Source of the DNA: Bacillota bacterium | GTDB lineage: Bacteria > Bacillota > JAAYKD01 | NCBI GenBank assembly: GCA_963666425.2 | Contig: OY762825.2 | Span: 2,816,001 to 2,880,000 of the forward strand | Length of the DNA stretch: 64,000 nt | Direction: 5' to 3' | Shown: piece by piece, positions 9,854 to 20,332 of the stretch | Layout: each line of letters opens with the position of its first letter | Numbering within the stretch: position 1 is the first letter of the stretch | Made by a program: the position numbers and the translations under genes | Notes under the pieces: model-generated | Database searches by the model: none | The model's input: the letters and a program-made list of their open reading frames with translations, nothing else | What the model was told of the DNA's origin: nothing

Positions 9854-12800
9854 ATGCCCGACTATGATTTCCAAAATTTACTTGAACCAATGGAGTTTCA
9901 AGATTTAGTTTGTGATATTGTCCAACTGCGAGACAGTATTTTTTTAGAAACTTATAGGGAAGGCAGAGATTCGGGTATTGACGGTTCATATACTGACAAT
10001 ACCAAAAAGATAATTGTTCAGGCTAAACGTTATCAACAGGATTTTAAAAAACTATACTATGATTTGCAGCATATTGAGTTACCTAAAGTAATAAAATTGA
10101 AACCTGATCGATATATCCTGGGCGTTTCATTGGATTTTGAACCTGAGCAAAAAGAGAAAATCGTAAGTCTTTTTGAGGGGTATATTACTAATACTCGTGA
10201 TATTCTAAGTAGAAAGGATATAAATCGTCTTCTACGGGAACCAGCATATAAACGAATCGTGCTTGCATATACGAAACTCTGGATACCCAATCTTCCTGTA
10301 TTTGAAAAAACACTAAAAGAATCTGTTAATCGGGCTATCTACAAAGAGTCAGCAGAGGAACTTAAAGAAGCTCTTAGAACATCGAAGGTATTCGTCCAAA
10401 CGAGAATTTATCGCAAGGCATTACATGCGTGGTCCAGGAATAATGTAATTATAATCTCAGGGGAGCCTGGTGTAGGAAAGACAACAATGGCCTACCTTCT
10501 GGCATTGGCGTATTTACAACCAGATAATTTGGAAGGGTTTATTTGGGCGAACTCACTTAACGATGTATATACTTTGTGGGAAGAAGAGCAAAAACAAGTT
10601 ATAATATTGGATGATTTTTGGGGAAGTGTCTTTAATGATGACTATACACGAAGAAATGATGAAAATCGATTGGATAAACTAATAAAACGTATTATAGAGC
10701 TGAATGGAAAAAAGCGTTTAGTTCTCACGACGAGAGAATATATTCTTCAACAAGGTTTATTTAGACATCCTGCACTAAAAGAAACATTGGATCGATTTGC
10801 GCTAATTTGTACAATGGACGATTATGGAGAAGATGAGAAGGCTAGTATTTTGTTTCGCCATCTCTATGCATCAAATCTTGAATATGAATATGTTGCTTAC
10901 TTGTTTCGTAATTGTGATTGGATTATAAAACATGACAATTATAACCCCCGGGTATTAGCTATTTTTCTGGACAAGGGGCTCGATAAAGAATATTCTCCGC
11001 AGGAATATCTTAAGAAATTACGCAACTATTTTGATAGCCCTGGTTCTTTCTGGAAATCAATCTTTATTGATTTATCTCGAGAAGCGCAGATTGTAGCGAT
11101 CCTATTGTTAATTTCGTCGACACCTATGAGTTTTTCAGATATGAATCGCTGTTATGAAAAATATATGCATTGTAATCCTTATCAAACAACAGTAAAAAAC
11201 TTAAGTAACATTCTGATAGAACTTGAAAAAACGCTGATTAAATCATTTAGTAATTTAGGAAAAGAAGAAATTCTATTAAAATTCAGCTTTCCAGCTGTAC
11301 AGGATTTTCTATATCAATACATTGAAGAAAATAGTGAGCAATGTATTCCGCTGATTTTACAATGCTGTACTTTCTATAACCAATTGCAATTTCTTTTTGA
11401 GCATCAATCATCGAAATGCAGTAACAGTGTTTTGAATCTTATAGTGGAGCAATGCATTTTACATTATCAAGATTATGGTGATAGTTACCTCGATAACGAT
11501 GGCAGTTGGAATTGGGATATCGATATATTTGAGAGATATAGGCATGGATATCTTGACAGGTTTTTCCATTTGGTTAACTGTTGCGTACCTGATAGGCATC
11601 CTATGCTTTTTCGTTTTTTAGATACAGAAATAAAGGAATATTGCTTAACAATGGGCGATGGGGATATGGTGGACCAATATACAGATCTTCATAATTTACC
11701 AGACATCATTGTTCGATGTATAAAAAAAGGAATGAGTTTCAATGGCAAAGATATTATCAGCAAGTATTATGAAGAAGCTTTCAGCGCTTTACATTACCTA
11801 GCAATGGAAGAATTTCGAGAAGTGTTTCCAGAAGAGTATGGTGTATTCTATGAAACATATTATCCACAGGTAAAAAAAAGTATAAGAAGTATTATCCTTT
11901 CTGAGTTAGATTTCCTTGAAGAGTATTCGATGGACTTCGAAATGGATATATTGATTGATTCCATACCAGAAATTCTTGAAAAATTCGATTTGCGTTATAC
12001 AAAGGGATTCGGTCAGAAAATACTAGACTTATGCGGCAGAAAACCGATCGTTTTTTTTGATAAAAAAGCATATAAGTATGAAAATCCATCTGATGATGAA
12101 GTTGAACAAGAAGAACGGGAAATCGGCGCTGTTAAAGAAGATGCTGAGAACTGGCTTTTTGGGCAAAACGAAACATATTTGGATGATGATCAGATTACTG
12201 AAATAATCGCTAAAAGTAACCTTAATTCGGAACTGAAAACAGAATTAGTAAGAGTAGTTGATACTAGTATTCCACATTACATCTATGATTTTCTGCAGAT
12301 AAAAAAATCCAGTAAAGTACTGATTACAGCATTATACGATCCAGAGAATAATATTCTCAAATCGGAAAGCAGCCTTTATTTAATAGCATTATGGCAAATG
12401 AGCCATGGTGATCAAGAATTAATGAAAAGACTTATAAGTTTTTGTTCTGAAAACTTTACCTTGTTCATGTATCGAGAAGAACCCGTGCTGCGCACAAATC
12501 AATTTTTATCAAGTGATGTATATACACGTTATTTGAAATGTGATGCTGAATTTTGTAAAGTTATTAATGAAAATTTCATTGCACGAGATGAACAATGGAT
12601 ACGATTTCTTAATATACCCATATTCATTTTCTGTTATGTCTTTACTATGATTATGGGGCGTGAAGATAGAGAAACAGAAGAATATTATCGGAATATATGG
12701 GGTGAAAAATTTAACAAACTTAAGCAAATATTATGGTGTGATCAGAAGAATTATTACAATGTTTATTTTGCTGATATCGGGATATACAATTTTAAAAGGT

Positions 12801-13291
12801 ATGAGTGGGAAGGGTGCATGTATAGGGTTTTTGAAGAGTTGCACCCAAATCATTTTAACCGGTTCTATGTAGAACCTATGTTGAAGAGTTATCTGGATGA
12901 ACTAGGTAATGGGAATGATGATAGTAAAGTACTAAAACATATATCACTTTGTAGAGTTGAGATTGAATATACTTATGAAGGTATTCTTGGAACTACGAGT
13001 TACCAGGTTCATGATGGTTTGTCCATGATTGAACATTTATCAATTGCCGAAGATTGGAATGTATTCTCAAATTCGATAAAGATGAGCAGATTAAAAAAAC
13101 TTCAAAAAGATGAAACAGTTTGCCGAGAAGCTAATGGTAAATGGAGTATACTATTATATAAAATTGAGGATGTTATACTGTTAAAAGAACTTGGGATTTA
13201 TAATAGTGTATTAAAGTTTATAAATGATGTTAAAAGTACATACTCGAATTTTTTGGAAGCAAACTATTCGCAAATAAAAAAGTTCAAATAA
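9854..13291 (+). CDS. Restriction endonuclease-like (PD-(D/E/Q)xK) domain fused to STAND (nSTAND3-like) NTPase; putative defence protein
   Basis: GRDSGIDG..IIVQAKRY; GEPGVGKTT, ILDDFWG, LVLTTREYIL, YNPR. Confidence 0.78.
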   Translation: MPDYDFQNLLEPMEFQDLVCDIVQLRDSIFLETYREGRDSGIDGSYTDNTKKIIVQAKRYQQDFKKLYYDLQHIELPKVIKLKPDRYILGVSLDFEPEQKEKIVSLFEGYITNTRDILSRKDINRLLREPAYKRIVLAYTKLWIPNLPVFEKTLKESVNRAIYKESAEELKEALRTSKVFVQTRIYRKALHAWSRNNVIIISGEPGVGKTTMAYLLALAYLQPDNLEGFIWANSLNDVYTLWEEEQKQVIILDDFWGSVFNDDYTRRNDENRLDKLIKRIIELNGKKRLVLTTREYILQQGLFRHPALKETLDRFALICTMDDYGEDEKASILFRHLYASNLEYEYVAYLFRNCDWIIKHDNYNPRVLAIFLDKGLDKEYSPQEYLKKLRNYFDSPGSFWKSIFIDLSREAQIVAILLLISSTPMSFSDMNRCYEKYMHCNPYQTTVKNLSNILIELEKTLIKSFSNLGKEEILLKFSFPAVQDFLYQYIEENSEQCIPLILQCCTFYNQLQFLFEHQSSKCSNSVLNLIVEQCILHYQDYGDSYLDNDGSWNWDIDIFERYRHGYLDRFFHLVNCCVPDRHPMLFRFLDTEIKEYCLTMGDGDMVDQYTDLHNLPDIIVRCIKKGMSFNGKDIISKYYEEAFSALHYLAMEEFREVFPEEYGVFYETYYPQVKKSIRSIILSELDFLEEYSMDFEMDILIDSIPEILEKFDLRYTKGFGQKILDLCGRKPIVFFDKKAYKYENPSDDEVEQEEREIGAVKEDAENWLFGQNETYLDDDQITEIIAKSNLNSELKTELVRVVDTSIPHYIYDFLQIKKSSKVLITALYDPENNILKSESSLYLIALWQMSHGDQELMKRLISFCSENFTLFMYREEPVLRTNQFLSSDVYTRYLKCDAEFCKVINENFIARDEQWIRFLNIPIFIFCYVFTMIMGREDRETEEYYRNIWGEKFNKLKQILWCDQKNYYNVYFADIGIYNFKRYEWEGCMYRVFEELHPNHFNRFYVEPMLKSYLDELGNGNDDSKVLKHISLCRVEIEYTYEGILGTTSYQVHDGLSMIEHLSIAEDWNVFSNSIKMSRLKKLQKDETVCREANGKWSILLYKIEDVILLKELGIYNSVLKFINDVKSTYSNFLEANYSQIKKFK

Positions 13292-13324
13292 TAAGAGCTA
13301 AGAGGACAGGGTGTTTGCAAGATT

Positions 13325-15055
13325 GGGGATTATATCGATATTTATGACATGACTAGAGCGGTGGAAGATGGAACAACGGTTAAGATCTATTATGAAAGCA
13401 GAATTGCGAAACTGGAACTGCCGGAGGAACTGAAACCCAAAGTAGATAAAGAATACGATGAGATCACCGAATATCAGGAATACAGCCAAAAAGAAAAATT
13501 GAAGAGCAAATGGGCCAGGCTGGAAGCAATTGTAGGTGCGCGCGAACGAATCAAGCAGATTGCCAAGGACATTGTTGAGCATTTTGAAAAACGAGATCAG
13601 GCACAGGAATATGAAGGCGGCAAAGCGATGATTGTTGCCATGAGCCGAAGGATTGCAATTGATCTCTACAAGGAAATTGTGGTATTGCGTCCAAACTGGC
13701 ACAGTGATGATTTGCAGGCAGGGAAAATTAAAGTCGTCATGACAGGAGCATCTTCCGATCCGGCTGAATGGCAGAAGTTTATTGGCACAAAGGCAAGCCG
13801 CGAAGCATTGGCAAAACGGATGAAAGACAAAAATGAGGAGTTGAAACTTGTCATTGTGCGAGACATGTGGCTGACCGGTTTTGATGTACCTACTCTGCAT
13901 ACCATGTATCTGGATAAACCGATGCAAGGGCATAATCTGATGCAGGCGATTGCCAGAGTCAACCGCGTATTCAAAGACAAACAAGGCGGCTTGATTGTTG
14001 ACTATATCGGTATTGCTGAGAAATTGAAAGAAGCACTTGCGCAATATACTGAAAATGATAAGAAAACAGCCGGTATTGATACGGAAGTCGCAGCAGAGGT
14101 TCTGCTTGAAAAATATGATCTGGTCAAAGAATTGCTGTATGGGCATGATTATAGCAAATTCTTCACGGGTAAACCGAGTGAGAAAATGTATGCAATTGTG
14201 GAAACCATGGATTATATAATCGGTCTTCGTGATCATAGAAAGAACGACTACATTCAGCTGGTAACCGAAATGACCAGAGCCTATTCTCTCTGTGCAACAA
14301 CGGAAGTGGCAGAAAGCCTGAATGTTGAGGTTGGTTTCCATAAAGCGGTGAAGGCAAGCCTGATTAAAATAGCCAGTGATGACAGCAAGAAAAAAACAAC
14401 TTCACAACTTGACAGCGAATTGAACCAGTTGATTTCAAGATCGATTTCTTCGAATGAAGTAATTGACATCTTGGGTTCGGTTGGACTTTCCAAGCCGAAT
14501 ATCGCCATCCTTTCGGATGAGTTCCTGGAAGAAGTAAAAGGGATGAAGCAGAAGAACCTTGCGGTTGAACTCCTGAACAGATTACTGAAAGGCAGTATCA
14601 AGACTTTTTCCAGACGCAATCTTGTGCAGTCAAAAAAATCCTCGGAGCTATTGGAAAATGCGCTCAGAAAATATCAGAACCGCGCCATTGAGACAACGCA
14701 AGTGATCATGGAGCTCATTGAACTGGCGAAACAAATTAGTAAAGCAGCAAAGCGCGGAGAGAGTTCAAGCTTAACACCGGATGAATTGGCCTTTTATGAT
14801 GCCCTGGCGGATAATCAATCCGCAAAAGAAATTATGGGTGAAGAGATCTTGAAGCAGATTGCGCGCGATCTGACACGGTCCATAAAAAATAATATTAGTG
14901 TGGACTGGGCAATTCGTGATAGTGTTCAGGCAAAGATGAAAATGACGATTAAACGTATGTTAAAGAAATATGGCTATCCGCCCGATAAGACGGCGAAAGC
15001 GATTGACACTGTAATGGAACAGACCAAATTAATGTGCCAAAACGAGGACAGGTAA
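13325..15055 (+). pseudogene. hsdR: Type I restriction enzyme R subunit, C-terminal half only
   Basis: [46 protein letters not shown]; nuclease domain and Walker A are missing. Confidence 0.88.
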
Positions 15056-15060
15056 CCAAT

Positions 15061-15090
15061 ACGGGGTTGAGTAAATGAACTCAACCCCGT
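15061..15090 (+). terminator. Hairpin / probable terminator
   Basis: acggggttgagt-aaatga-actcaaccccgt perfect stem after hsdR. Confidence 0.65.
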
Positions 15091-15171
15091 TAACCGGAAC
15101 GAGAAAGAAACGAGATACGTTTATTTATCATTTTACGGAATTGATTATAAGTAGAAGACAGAGGAAGAAAT

Positions 15172-15849
15172 ATGAGAATTGTTTCATGGAATTGCAACGG
15201 AAAATTTCGAGAGAAGTATAAGACCATAAAGGAGTTGGATGCGGATGTTTATGTGATTCAGGAATGCGAAGACCCAGCGTTCAGCAAACAAAGTGAATAT
15301 AGAGAATTTGCTTCAAATTCGCTTTGGGTAGGTGCTGCTCCCAATAAGGGATTGGGGATATTTGCGAAAGAATATGTTGACTTAAGAAATAATAACTAGG
15401 ATGCCTCTAAGCTAAGAAATTTTCTCTCAGTCAATATCAATGGTAAATTTGATCTATTAGGTGTTTGGGCAATGAGCCCTTATATTGAAGTGCACTATGA
15501 TTATCAGACAATCAACATAGATAAATTACGAGAAAATTCTGTAATCATCGGGGATTTCAACAGCAATGTCATTTGGGATAAAAAGAATAATGAACGGAAT
15601 CATTCATCATTAAATAGGAAATTCAATGATATCGGTCTTCATAGCGCGTATCACTGTGTGAACAATGAACCGCAAGGTCAAGAAAGTGCAGCAACATTTT
15701 ATCTTTATCGTAAAATAGAAAAGCCATATCATATCGATTATTGCTATATAGGCAGAGACAATTTGAGGCGCTTTGCGATAGGAGATTATGAGAAATGGAT
15801 CAAGTACAGTGACCACATGCCGCTGCTTGTTGAAACAGCCAAGATTTGA
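15172..15849 (+). pseudogene. Exonuclease/endonuclease/phosphatase (EEP) family gene with an in-frame TAG at 15397
   Basis: MRIVSWNCNG, IQECE, GDFNSN, HIDYC, SDHMP; both halves are in the same frame. Confidence 0.85.
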
Positions 15850-16672
15850 ACAAAGATGCTAGCTGTGGTAGGTTTATTTGTCAGGTAGGTTCTTTCGTTG
15901 CCGGCAAATGTCATAATCCGCATCAACGGAGGCGTGCCAAGAGTCTGCAATAAGATTAGAGGAGGATACACCATGCCATGGGAAGACCGTAGTGTAAACC
16001 TAGCACAGCCGCAGAGAATTTCCGCTTTGCTTTGCGCATTCAAGAGGTGGACGAGAACGAGGTTAGCCTCACAGCCTATTTTCATCCCGAAGTCTATATG
16101 CCCGAATTATGCGCCTTGATTTCTTCATAGAAGAGGAATGCATTGCCATTGTTGCGCAAATGGAAGACGAATTTAAGGTTTTTATGGAGCTGATCGCAGA
16201 AAGAACGCCGGAACTCTTTGGGCGTGATGACAGAAGCATGCGACCCGGTAAAATATATGAGAAAAATCATGGCACATATGATTAACAAAATATTATTAAA
16301 TACCTGTGCCACCATAAGCCTAGGCGCTAGAGTGATAGACCAAGTCAAATAAGCCAAATAATGCTAAGATTACTTGTACGTAAGTATTTTTTATGGAATT
16401 GTTTAAGGGGTGTTTTGATATTAAAACAGTAGTCAATTATTTTTCGGATCATGATTTTTCCAGGGATTTTTCTATGATAATAACCGGACTTTCTGATGAT
16501 TTTTCCTGATACTTTTTGTTTATATTAAGCAGCCACCGATAGTCAGTTTTTATGAATTAATATCGTCGTAACTTTCTGACACCAAAAGGTGTCACAGGGA
16601 GCAGCTTTAAAAATAGCTTGTTGAGGAACATATTAATAATAAGATTTACTCACGGGATTGGAAGGAGCTTAA

Positions 16673-19063
16673 ATGATTACAAAAATCAAAGCAATTAGTA
16701 ATTTTGCAGTTTTCGACAATTTTGCCTGGGATACCAGCGTCCTTGATAAAAACGGACAACCTCTGGTGTTTAGTAAACTCAATATTTTATATGGCCGTAA
16801 CTATTCTGGAAAGACAACTTTATCTAGGATTTTTAGAGCATTGGAAACGCACCTACTACCTGAAAAATATGATAGTCCGCAGTTTGAGGTTGTAACTGAA
16901 AACGGTCAAAGTATAAAGCAAGATAATCTTGCTTCGATTAATTTAAGCGTTCGTGTTTTTAACGAGGATTTTATCCGTGCAAACCTGCGTTTTCTTATTG
17001 ACCCTGATAGTGAAATTGCGCCTTTTGCAATACTCGGTGCTGACAATGCTGAAACTGAAAAAGCTATTAAAGATTTAGAAGTTGAGATTGGTTCTGATAT
17101 AGATACGCATGAAACCGGATTATACAAAAAGCTGAAAGAATTAAAAGCGGCAGCACAAAAGGCGCAGAAAGACTATTCTACTGATTTTAATAGTTTGGAA
17201 TCCAAGTTATCTGATAAAGCGACGAATAAGCGTACGGGAATAAAGTACAATGTCAACAGATATGGTGACCAGAACTATAACATTGCAAAAATAAAACAAG
17301 AAATCGCCGTGGTGACTGCTTCAACATATACTCATCTTTCTGCCGATAAAAAGGTCGAATACGAGAGCACAATTTTAGAGCAAGAAAAATCGGACATTCA
17401 ATCTTTAAGCATTCCATCGCTATTATTAAATAGTTATTGTCAAAGAGCATCTGTATTACTTTCGCAACAAATCGGAGCATCAAATAAAATTCCAGAATTA
17501 TTGCTAAATGTAGCATTAAACGATTGGGTAAAACAAGGCGCAAATATCCTTAAGGGACAAAAAATATGTGCTTTTTGTGGTAGTCCGATTACCGATGAGC
17601 GATGGGTAGTTATTCATGCGCACTTTGATGAAGAATCAAAGAAGCTCGAAAGCGAAATAGATGATCTTGTTTCACAGATAAATTTGGAAAAGGCACTATT
17701 GCACAAACCTTTACAAATTGATAAAAGCACGTTTTATACAAAATATTGCCAAAAAATAGATGATTATTTAAAAACATGGGAGGAGGCGGTTCAACAATAT
17801 TGTCAATCGCTTGATAAAATCTTTGAACGACTACAAGATCGTAAATCTCAGATTACTGTTCCGATCCAGTTTATATTTCCAGAAGATAATTCAGCAATAC
17901 TGAGAAAAGCAATTAATGAATTTAATGCAATTATTAAGGAGAACAATGAGTTCTCAAGTAAATTGGCTTCAGCAAAAACAGTAGCTTACAAAGCGTTAAG
18001 ATTGCAAGAAGTTGCTGATTATTGTGCCACAATTGAATATGAAAAAATAATTAAACAAATATCCATTTTGGAAAGCAAGCATGACAAAGCCAACGAGACT
18101 GCCAGTACGGAAGAAGAGACGCTTAGTATTAAAAAGCAGAAATTGCAGGAAAAACGCCGTCAACTGAATGATGAAGAAGAAGGTGCACGGCGTGTTAATA
18201 AATATCTTAACGACTATTTCGGACATAATTTCGTTACATTAGAGGCCGAAAAAGTAACCGAAGGTGAAAAGCGTATTAAGTTTAAGATTATGCGTAACGG
18301 GAAACCAGCGTACAATCTGAGTGGCGGAGAATGCAGTCTTATTTCGTTCTGCTATTTCATGGCAAAACTTGATGATATAAACACGCAAGGAACTAAGCCA
18401 ATAATTTGGATTGATGACCCAATTTCGAGTTTAGATGGAAATCATATTTACTTTATGTATAGCTTGATAGTTGCACGAATTGCGAAAACGGGAAACTTTG
18501 AACAATTATTCATTTCAACGCATAACCTTGATTTCTTGAAATATTTGAAACGACTAAATTCGTATCAACCTAATACAAAAAATGAAATGAAGGCTTTATC
18601 TAAGCAGTACTTTCTCATTGAACGAGAAGGTAAACTCTCAAAGCTTCTCAAAATGCCGAATTATCTTGCGAGGAATGCCACCGAGTTTAATTACTTATTT
18701 TCAATCATCTACAAATGCTCAAAATGCGAAAATGTTACAGATGATAATTATGATATGCTATATGGTTTTGGAAATAGCGCAAGAAAATTCTTGGAAATGT
18801 TGTTGTACTTTCAATTCCCTGATGATTCAGAGGAACTGTTGCCGAAGCTGAAACGCTTTTTTAAAGACGAAGAAATACCCCCTATCCTTATGGATAGAAT
18901 GTTTAATGAAGATTCTCATGGTTCATCGCCAGAGCGATCATTAAAAGTGGATGTTGACCCTGAGACAATACCAGTTGCGAAGAAAGTCATTGAAAAACTT
19001 CAAGAAAATAAGGCTCAATTCAATGCTTTACTAAATAGCATTGGAGAAACACCATCGCCATAA
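16673..19063 (+). CDS. RloC-like AAA_13 ABC ATPase with zinc hook and probable HEPN-like C-terminus
   Basis: GRNYSGKTT, CAFC hook within coiled coil, LSGGE, DDPISSLD, STHN, C-terminal RMFNEDSH. Confidence 0.78.
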   Translation: MITKIKAISNFAVFDNFAWDTSVLDKNGQPLVFSKLNILYGRNYSGKTTLSRIFRALETHLLPEKYDSPQFEVVTENGQSIKQDNLASINLSVRVFNEDFIRANLRFLIDPDSEIAPFAILGADNAETEKAIKDLEVEIGSDIDTHETGLYKKLKELKAAAQKAQKDYSTDFNSLESKLSDKATNKRTGIKYNVNRYGDQNYNIAKIKQEIAVVTASTYTHLSADKKVEYESTILEQEKSDIQSLSIPSLLLNSYCQRASVLLSQQIGASNKIPELLLNVALNDWVKQGANILKGQKICAFCGSPITDERWVVIHAHFDEESKKLESEIDDLVSQINLEKALLHKPLQIDKSTFYTKYCQKIDDYLKTWEEAVQQYCQSLDKIFERLQDRKSQITVPIQFIFPEDNSAILRKAINEFNAIIKENNEFSSKLASAKTVAYKALRLQEVADYCATIEYEKIIKQISILESKHDKANETASTEEETLSIKKQKLQEKRRQLNDEEEGARRVNKYLNDYFGHNFVTLEAEKVTEGEKRIKFKIMRNGKPAYNLSGGECSLISFCYFMAKLDDINTQGTKPIIWIDDPISSLDGNHIYFMYSLIVARIAKTGNFEQLFISTHNLDFLKYLKRLNSYQPNTKNEMKALSKQYFLIEREGKLSKLLKMPNYLARNATEFNYLFSIIYKCSKCENVTDDNYDMLYGFGNSARKFLEMLLYFQFPDDSEELLPKLKRFFKDEEIPPILMDRMFNEDSHGSSPERSLKVDVDPETIPVAKKVIEKLQENKAQFNALLNSIGETPSP

Positions 19064-19447
19064 CTATATAAGCGAATGCGCTGTTACCTCAGAGATTGAT
19101 GAAAATGTCCTTTTACTTTTTACTGAGATGGTGTAGATTACATCTTTAGAACTCCGCACCCTCGGTTAGCTCAAACTGCTCCAGTATACTCAGAGTTTTA
19201 TTTTGATTAGCTATAAGAATGAAGTCAATATTCATATGCTTCTTAAGAAGGGATCTCAACTGAAAACATGTAGAATTTTCCAATAAAATGCGGTATACTG
19301 CGAATAATTGATAATAAGCAATAGTACCTTAGGTCATTCAAACATGAGAAGATAAGAGATGGGCGTAGCCAAATGTTATGCCTATTGGTAAGACGACTAA
19401 ACACTAAATTATGACACGGTTAAATTTCAAAGGAGGCTCTAAAAAAA

Positions 19448-20332
19448 GTGAATAGCAGCATGAATATTCAAAAACCTAATGATATAGATCCCCTGAAAAA
19501 AAACGAACGTGATCGGTCTAATTTCGTCCGAGAATTGGTACAATCCCAACTCAATAAACCAGTTCAAGCGTTCGCCACGCACATAGTGCCACCACCTAAA
19601 CGTATTGTACAATTCTGGGATGACCTTGATCGATTGCCCCTGGATGTTAAGGAGTGTATGGCTTCATGGAAAATACTCGAACAATCGGGATTCGAACTCC
19701 AGGTTTTTGATGAAAACTCAACGAGGGAATTTATACGAGTTCATTTGGGTTCAAGATATGAAAAAGCTTTTGACAAGTGCTATCACCCCTCTATGAAGTC
19801 AGATTATTTCCGTTACAGCTACATTTATATAATGGGTGGCTTTTATATTGACGCAGACGACATATATCATGGCGAGAGAATAGATAACCTCTTCATTGAT
19901 GGAAGGTTGAAACTTCAACCGTTCTGCTACGACATTGTAACTGCCCAAATGGTTCCACCTTCAGTTTTTGTCAGTATAGGGGAAGTCAACCTTAACTGGA
20001 TTCATTATTTCAATACCACGCCTATGATAGCAGGTCCCAATCACCCTATTATAGAGCGTGCACTACGGAACGCGACGGAAGCCCTTGAACAGGAATTATA
20101 CGGAGAATTGCCTGAAGTCCAAGCAACCACAGGCCCAGGTAATCTCACAAGGTCTATATTTGAGGTAGTCAGCGAGGGATGTTGCTCTGAGGAAACGATA
20201 ATGGTTGTGCACGATTGGGAGAAAATTTCTACGAGTAAATGGCCACTCAGTTATCGAAATGATAAGAGAAACTGGAGACTGTCAAATCAGCAAACCTATC
20301 AAGTGTCACGGGATACGGAGGAGGAGAAATGA
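19448..20332 (+). CDS. GT32 / DxD glycosyltransferase
   Basis: PKRIVQFW, SDYFRY, GGFYIDADD and TTGPG motifs. Confidence 0.8.
   Translation: MNSSMNIQKPNDIDPLKKNERDRSNFVRELVQSQLNKPVQAFATHIVPPPKRIVQFWDDLDRLPLDVKECMASWKILEQSGFELQVFDENSTREFIRVHLGSRYEKAFDKCYHPSMKSDYFRYSYIYIMGGFYIDADDIYHGERIDNLFIDGRLKLQPFCYDIVTAQMVPPSVFVSIGEVNLNWIHYFNTTPMIAGPNHPIIERALRNATEALEQELYGELPEVQATTGPGNLTRSIFEVVSEGCCSEETIMVVHDWEKISTSKWPLSYRNDKRNWRLSNQQTYQVSRDTEEEK

Noticed and set aside
13298-14341. 347-aa minus-strand ORF
   Set aside because: Antisense shadow of hsdR with no recognisable motifs.
15397-15399. In-frame TAG as pyrrolysine read-through
   Set aside because: No pyl genes in the window; the context suggests a TGG-to-TAG nonsense mutation.
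15973-16000. MPWEDRSV as an IS481 transposase start
   Set aside because: Only a few codons resemble it and no transposase body follows.
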